64,000 nucleotides of DNA from Phoronis australis (taxonomy: Eukaryota > Animalia > Phoronida). The stretch is from contig NMRA01000480.1 of the NCBI GenBank assembly GCA_002633005.1, positions 269,923 through 333,922 on the forward strand, read 5' to 3'. Positions 59,972-64,000 of the stretch are shown here, piece by piece (the stretch's first letter is position 1; each line of letters starts with the position of its first letter). Below the pieces are notes generated by a model. The model saw nothing but the letters and a program-made list of their open reading frames with translations. It searched no databases and was not told where the DNA came from. The translations under genes and the position numbers were made by a program.

Positions 59972-62028
59972 TTTCCGTTGAGTAGAAAGTGTAATGATAA
60001 GTAACATGTAATCTAACTGAGCAATCATACACGACTGCAATCTTTTATAATGACCCTGAGTTTGAATGACTGGTGCTTTGCAGCAAGGGCATCCCAACAA
60101 TTATCCATGTATCTCGTAATGTGGCAATAAATGTCAAGTTAAGATGGTACCGTTAATGAAGGTCACTGAAAATGGTCATGTGGTCGATATAAGTATTATA
60201 ATACACAGTATTGCAGTATCTCCCACGGGTGGCGCAGCACTGAAAAACGTGGGGAGCTATAAACCCCAGCCCCCATGTGGTGCACCGCCCATAAACCATG
60301 GGCTGCGCATCACTGAAAAAGTGGGAGGCTATCGCCCCAACAGCCCCCTACGGTGCGCCATGTCTCCGCTCAGACGAAACTACCTGGCCACAATTCACCA
60401 TCCAATCAATTTCGCACATTCCAGGACGACGAAGCCAATGAGCAATTTACATAGAGACGACACGACTACACTCTCATGCTTGGCAGCGCGTGACGGGCGG
60501 TCAGCCATATTGATGATGAACGCTATATAAACAAAAGCACGGTGGCCTTATGAAAGCCGGGGAATTGTCAGAATAAAATATGAAATTTTATAAACTAACA
60601 AGGTTTTAAAATATTGGTAACATGAAGCAGTGTAAACGTGTGACCCACGCATTGCTTAAATGGTCATATAGTCCATTGCAAAGACAGAATTTCTGATGCT
60701 TTGACTGAAATTCTCATGGATTGCTGCTCGGGCCTGGGACTGAGGTTTTGCCGGCTCAGTCGGAAAGACAATCACTGAAATGTATAAAGTTTAGAAAATG
60801 GTATCATGCAACAACGTGATTGACCTTTTTCGTCGTTATAATTGTGTAGAACCTATTTTCAATTGTTTATAAATCTACAAGGCGATCAGCGGTCAACTAA
60901 AGGGGGCCGCTCTCTCTGCGCGCCATTAGGCCTATATCAGAGCGTTCCCAAAGTTTTTAGTACGGGTCGAAAAATTCCTTGAACCGACACCACTTGATTT
61001 ATTCGGACAAAAAGATTTGAGGCATGCGTTCGTGTGAATCACGTGAGCATTAAGTTGAAAAAGTAATAAAAATCCATGGAAATCGATCAGTATACGAACA
61101 GCAGTATGGGTGCATGTAAAGTGCATGCAACAATTGACCAATAGAACTGCACGTGTGTGTGTACACGTGCTTATTCGGAACTGAGGGCATAGGCCAGTTA
61201 AAATAAAAGTTGGGAGCAAAATTTTGTAAAATGATAGATTTACAGAAACTGATATGTTAACATTAAGTATTTCAACAAAAAACAAGAATGCACAAATTAC
61301 ACCAAAACATCCTGTACTGGTAGGTAAGACACACACATATGCATCGGCTAGCCGAGTGGGCCTGTGAACAACACTGCTTAGGCGGCCGAAGCTGGAAGGT
61401 CGGAGTATGCTTTTGCACAGACCCAATTTCCGAAAGGTGATTGGAATTGTATACTTCAGGATATACCAAGGAATAATAATTACCTCAGATGTTTTTCGAA
61501 AAATAAAACGCTTGTAAGGTGTGCTGAGTTCACTCAAGGAAGATTACTTCAGTGATAAGCACATAATTTTTTCATACCTATCTAGTATTACTTGTCCTAG
61601 TACCTAATTCATCTTAGCGTTGTGACCTGGCAATTTGTACAGTTTGAAACGACATGGTCTCACAGTTCAAACAGTTCTGTCATAGACTTTGTTGTAAAGC
61701 AACACGGCGATCGACGACTGCAATACATGTACATAAACGGAACTAGAGATTTAAAAAGGCGTTCGCGTTTTTACTTTTTACCAATATTATTTTTACACCT
61801 ATCAATGTACCGTTTATCCGACCATGATGTGCGGAGATTTTTTTCTTTCCATATGATTGGCCATCCATATCGAGAAGGACAACAAAAATGTTCACACAGA
61901 AACAACAAATTGAGATACTATAACCATTTCAAACAATAAAGTTTTGATTTATTTCAAAATATCACCATCACGCATTAAAATCAAACCGTGACAGTTAAAG
62001 GGAAATGTCTTGCCAGTACAAAGTTTTT

Positions 62029-62115
62029 GTACCGTACTGGTACATGCACTTCAACGTTACTGTATCGTACTGGTACATGCACTTCAACGTTACTGTACCG
62101 TACTGGTACATGCAC
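62029..62115. repeat. 33-bp tandem repeat, about 2.6 copies
   Basis: Unit GTACCGTACTGGTACATGCACTTCAACGTTACT. Confidence 0.9.
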
Positions 62116-64000
62116 AGCAAAAGTCAGGTTTCAACCAACTCTAATTTAATCCCCCAATTCAGAAGAATCCGACATTTACTGACACACAATTATGTTACTA
62201 GTATATTTATATTGACAACACCCCGCTACAAAATAAATATGGCAAAACTCAATGGTCGTAAGCTCTATCTGCCATGTCCTACATATCCAGGCATTAATAC
62301 ACTGTAAGCATCAGAAGACCAGAAACAAAACAGAATATAAAATTTTGGTTTTCCTCAAGCAAACAAATACAGATTTTAATAGCTTGTCAGGCTACATAAA
62401 ATTTGTCCCATCTCTTGAAATCTACAGAAAGTACCCATTTACGGTCTCAATATAACATTGTGGGCTGCAGCATTCTTGGGTGTCCCGTTCTTCAACCCTG
62501 CCCTATTCCTAATAACCTCGCTATATTAATAAATCTTCGAATTGGTGTCTATACTGTAAAAACGTACAACTATTAATCTTGTAGTCACTTTTTGTGTTTC
62601 TTCGTTCCAAGAAAAAAACCGACATCTTGGAGAGAATAAGGTCACTAAACCCTTAAAGACTTATCGGACTGAGAAAGAAAGTCAAGCAAAGCCTTTGCAA
62701 GTCGATGGTTCATGGCCCATGAAACATCGACTTGAATGGGTGTTCTAGGGACCAAATGAAGTTGAACAATGTTCTTTGTGCGACCCAATTCTCGCCCACT
62801 AAATCATTTTATTTCATTTTTATTTTTAAACCTCGAAAAACCGAAAAGTGTATCATTGATTCTGGGTTATACTGGAAATAAAACTTTACTTTTGATGTTT
62901 TGTGCTATAACTAAAGATAAGCATGCTCGCACCCAGCCTCCAATATGGGGGGCTCGAATTCCTGCCGTCGTGAACCTTTTGGTAACAAAAAAGCGGCGGA
63001 CTAAAAAATAAAAAAGGGGGCATCACTGTAAATTGCGCGTTTGTGCTTGTTTAGTGGAATTTTGTCTCATTTTCACGGACTATTGTATGTGTCAGAGGCG
63101 GACCTTTTTGCCCACTTCGCCAAATGGGGGGGGGTTAGGGTTAGGGTTAGGGATTATTGTAAACTTGATAAATATTGCTCTGCAGAGCATACTGACTTCG
63201 GCTCCGGAATAGTGCCCAAGCTTCATGACCTTTAACCTTACTATGCGTTGTTATGATTGGTTAGGGACATGGCGCTAAGCGTCACCTAGCGGATCAAGAA
63301 TGCTACAAATTTCTGGCGTTGTTTATGTTGAATTAATGCCGGCGTGGTAAAATCAAACGTTAAGTGATATCGCGGAAGCATAATTTCTAAATTTAGATAT
63401 GAGACTTTTTATACAGTACATTTTGCACAAAAACAAGCACGGAATTTGAAATTTACAGTAAAATTGCATAACAATCAATACACGTCCTCAAGTGTTTTGA
63501 TGCAGCGGAATGCTCAACAAGCATCACGCATTTGCGCTCATCCGTTATTGCTCTTGATGATCACTTCATCACGCTGTATATTGCGATTTACCACAGATAA
63601 TTATTGCTTATCATTGGTACAGCAATAGAACCCAATTTTATTTTAGAAACAACATAAACAATGGTTTGAACATAGCGCCGATATTAAATCATGGTCGCAT
63701 GAAAACGGAAGACTGATCGGTTTATAGTGTCATCCATCATCCATCATCATTCAGAAATTGTTGTCACTTTCGCAGTAAAACATCTTTTCGAAACTAGAGC
63801 CTTTCTATGTAGCCATCTAGTTGCATGAAGACTATTTTCAAAATACAGCAAGGTGCCACTGCTTATTGAGACCAAACAGACCTCGATACTTCACACAGCC
63901 CGGATAGTTACGTTTGTCACCTCGTCGAAAAGCTTGTATCAACATGAGCTCAAGACCGGCGGGTGTGCATGCAAAATCTGGAAGTCAATTGGCATTCAAG

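Noticed and set aside
60932-61537. 201-aa minus-strand ORF upstream of the TSR gene
   Set aside because: Non-ATG start and no recognisable domain; more likely promoter, 5' UTR or intron sequence.
63131-63152. Interstitial telomeric (TTAGGG)3
   Set aside because: Too short; such runs are common inside invertebrate interspersed repeats.

Overview
AT-rich, repeat-dense genomic DNA from an invertebrate animal, probably a protostome or lophotrochozoan judging from the receptor exon. It has two assembly gaps and no prokaryotic features. Two host genes are supported, both on the minus strand. (1) The first coding exon of a nicotinic acetylcholine receptor subunit (18045-18257); I could not find its later exons in the window. 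(2) A single-pass type I membrane protein of about 1250 aa, assembled by eye from four frame-compatible GT-AG exons: signal peptide (59944-59971), a 3534-nt phase 1-1 exon with intact and decayed thrombospondin type-1 repeats in an Asn/Ser/Thr-rich matrix (54771-58304), a transmembrane exon (47287-47440) and a short tail (45768-45807). The rest is mostly transposon debris. This includes a Gmr1-type Gypsy element (PR-IN-RT order, tRNA-Pro PBS), a GalEa-like Copia, and a Mag/CsRn1-like Gypsy 5' end. Four TTAA-flanked Kolobok-like non-autonomous elements carry overlapping antiparallel THAP and KolX-like frames, and one is nested in another. There are also hAT-like MITEs with 5-bp TSDs, RTE-X-like LINE fragments, an RNase H-bearing LINE with a YANN active site and an apparent poly(T) 3' tail, a Penelope-like foldback, and several minisatellites. 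All family assignments come from motif recognition by eye; no database search was run.
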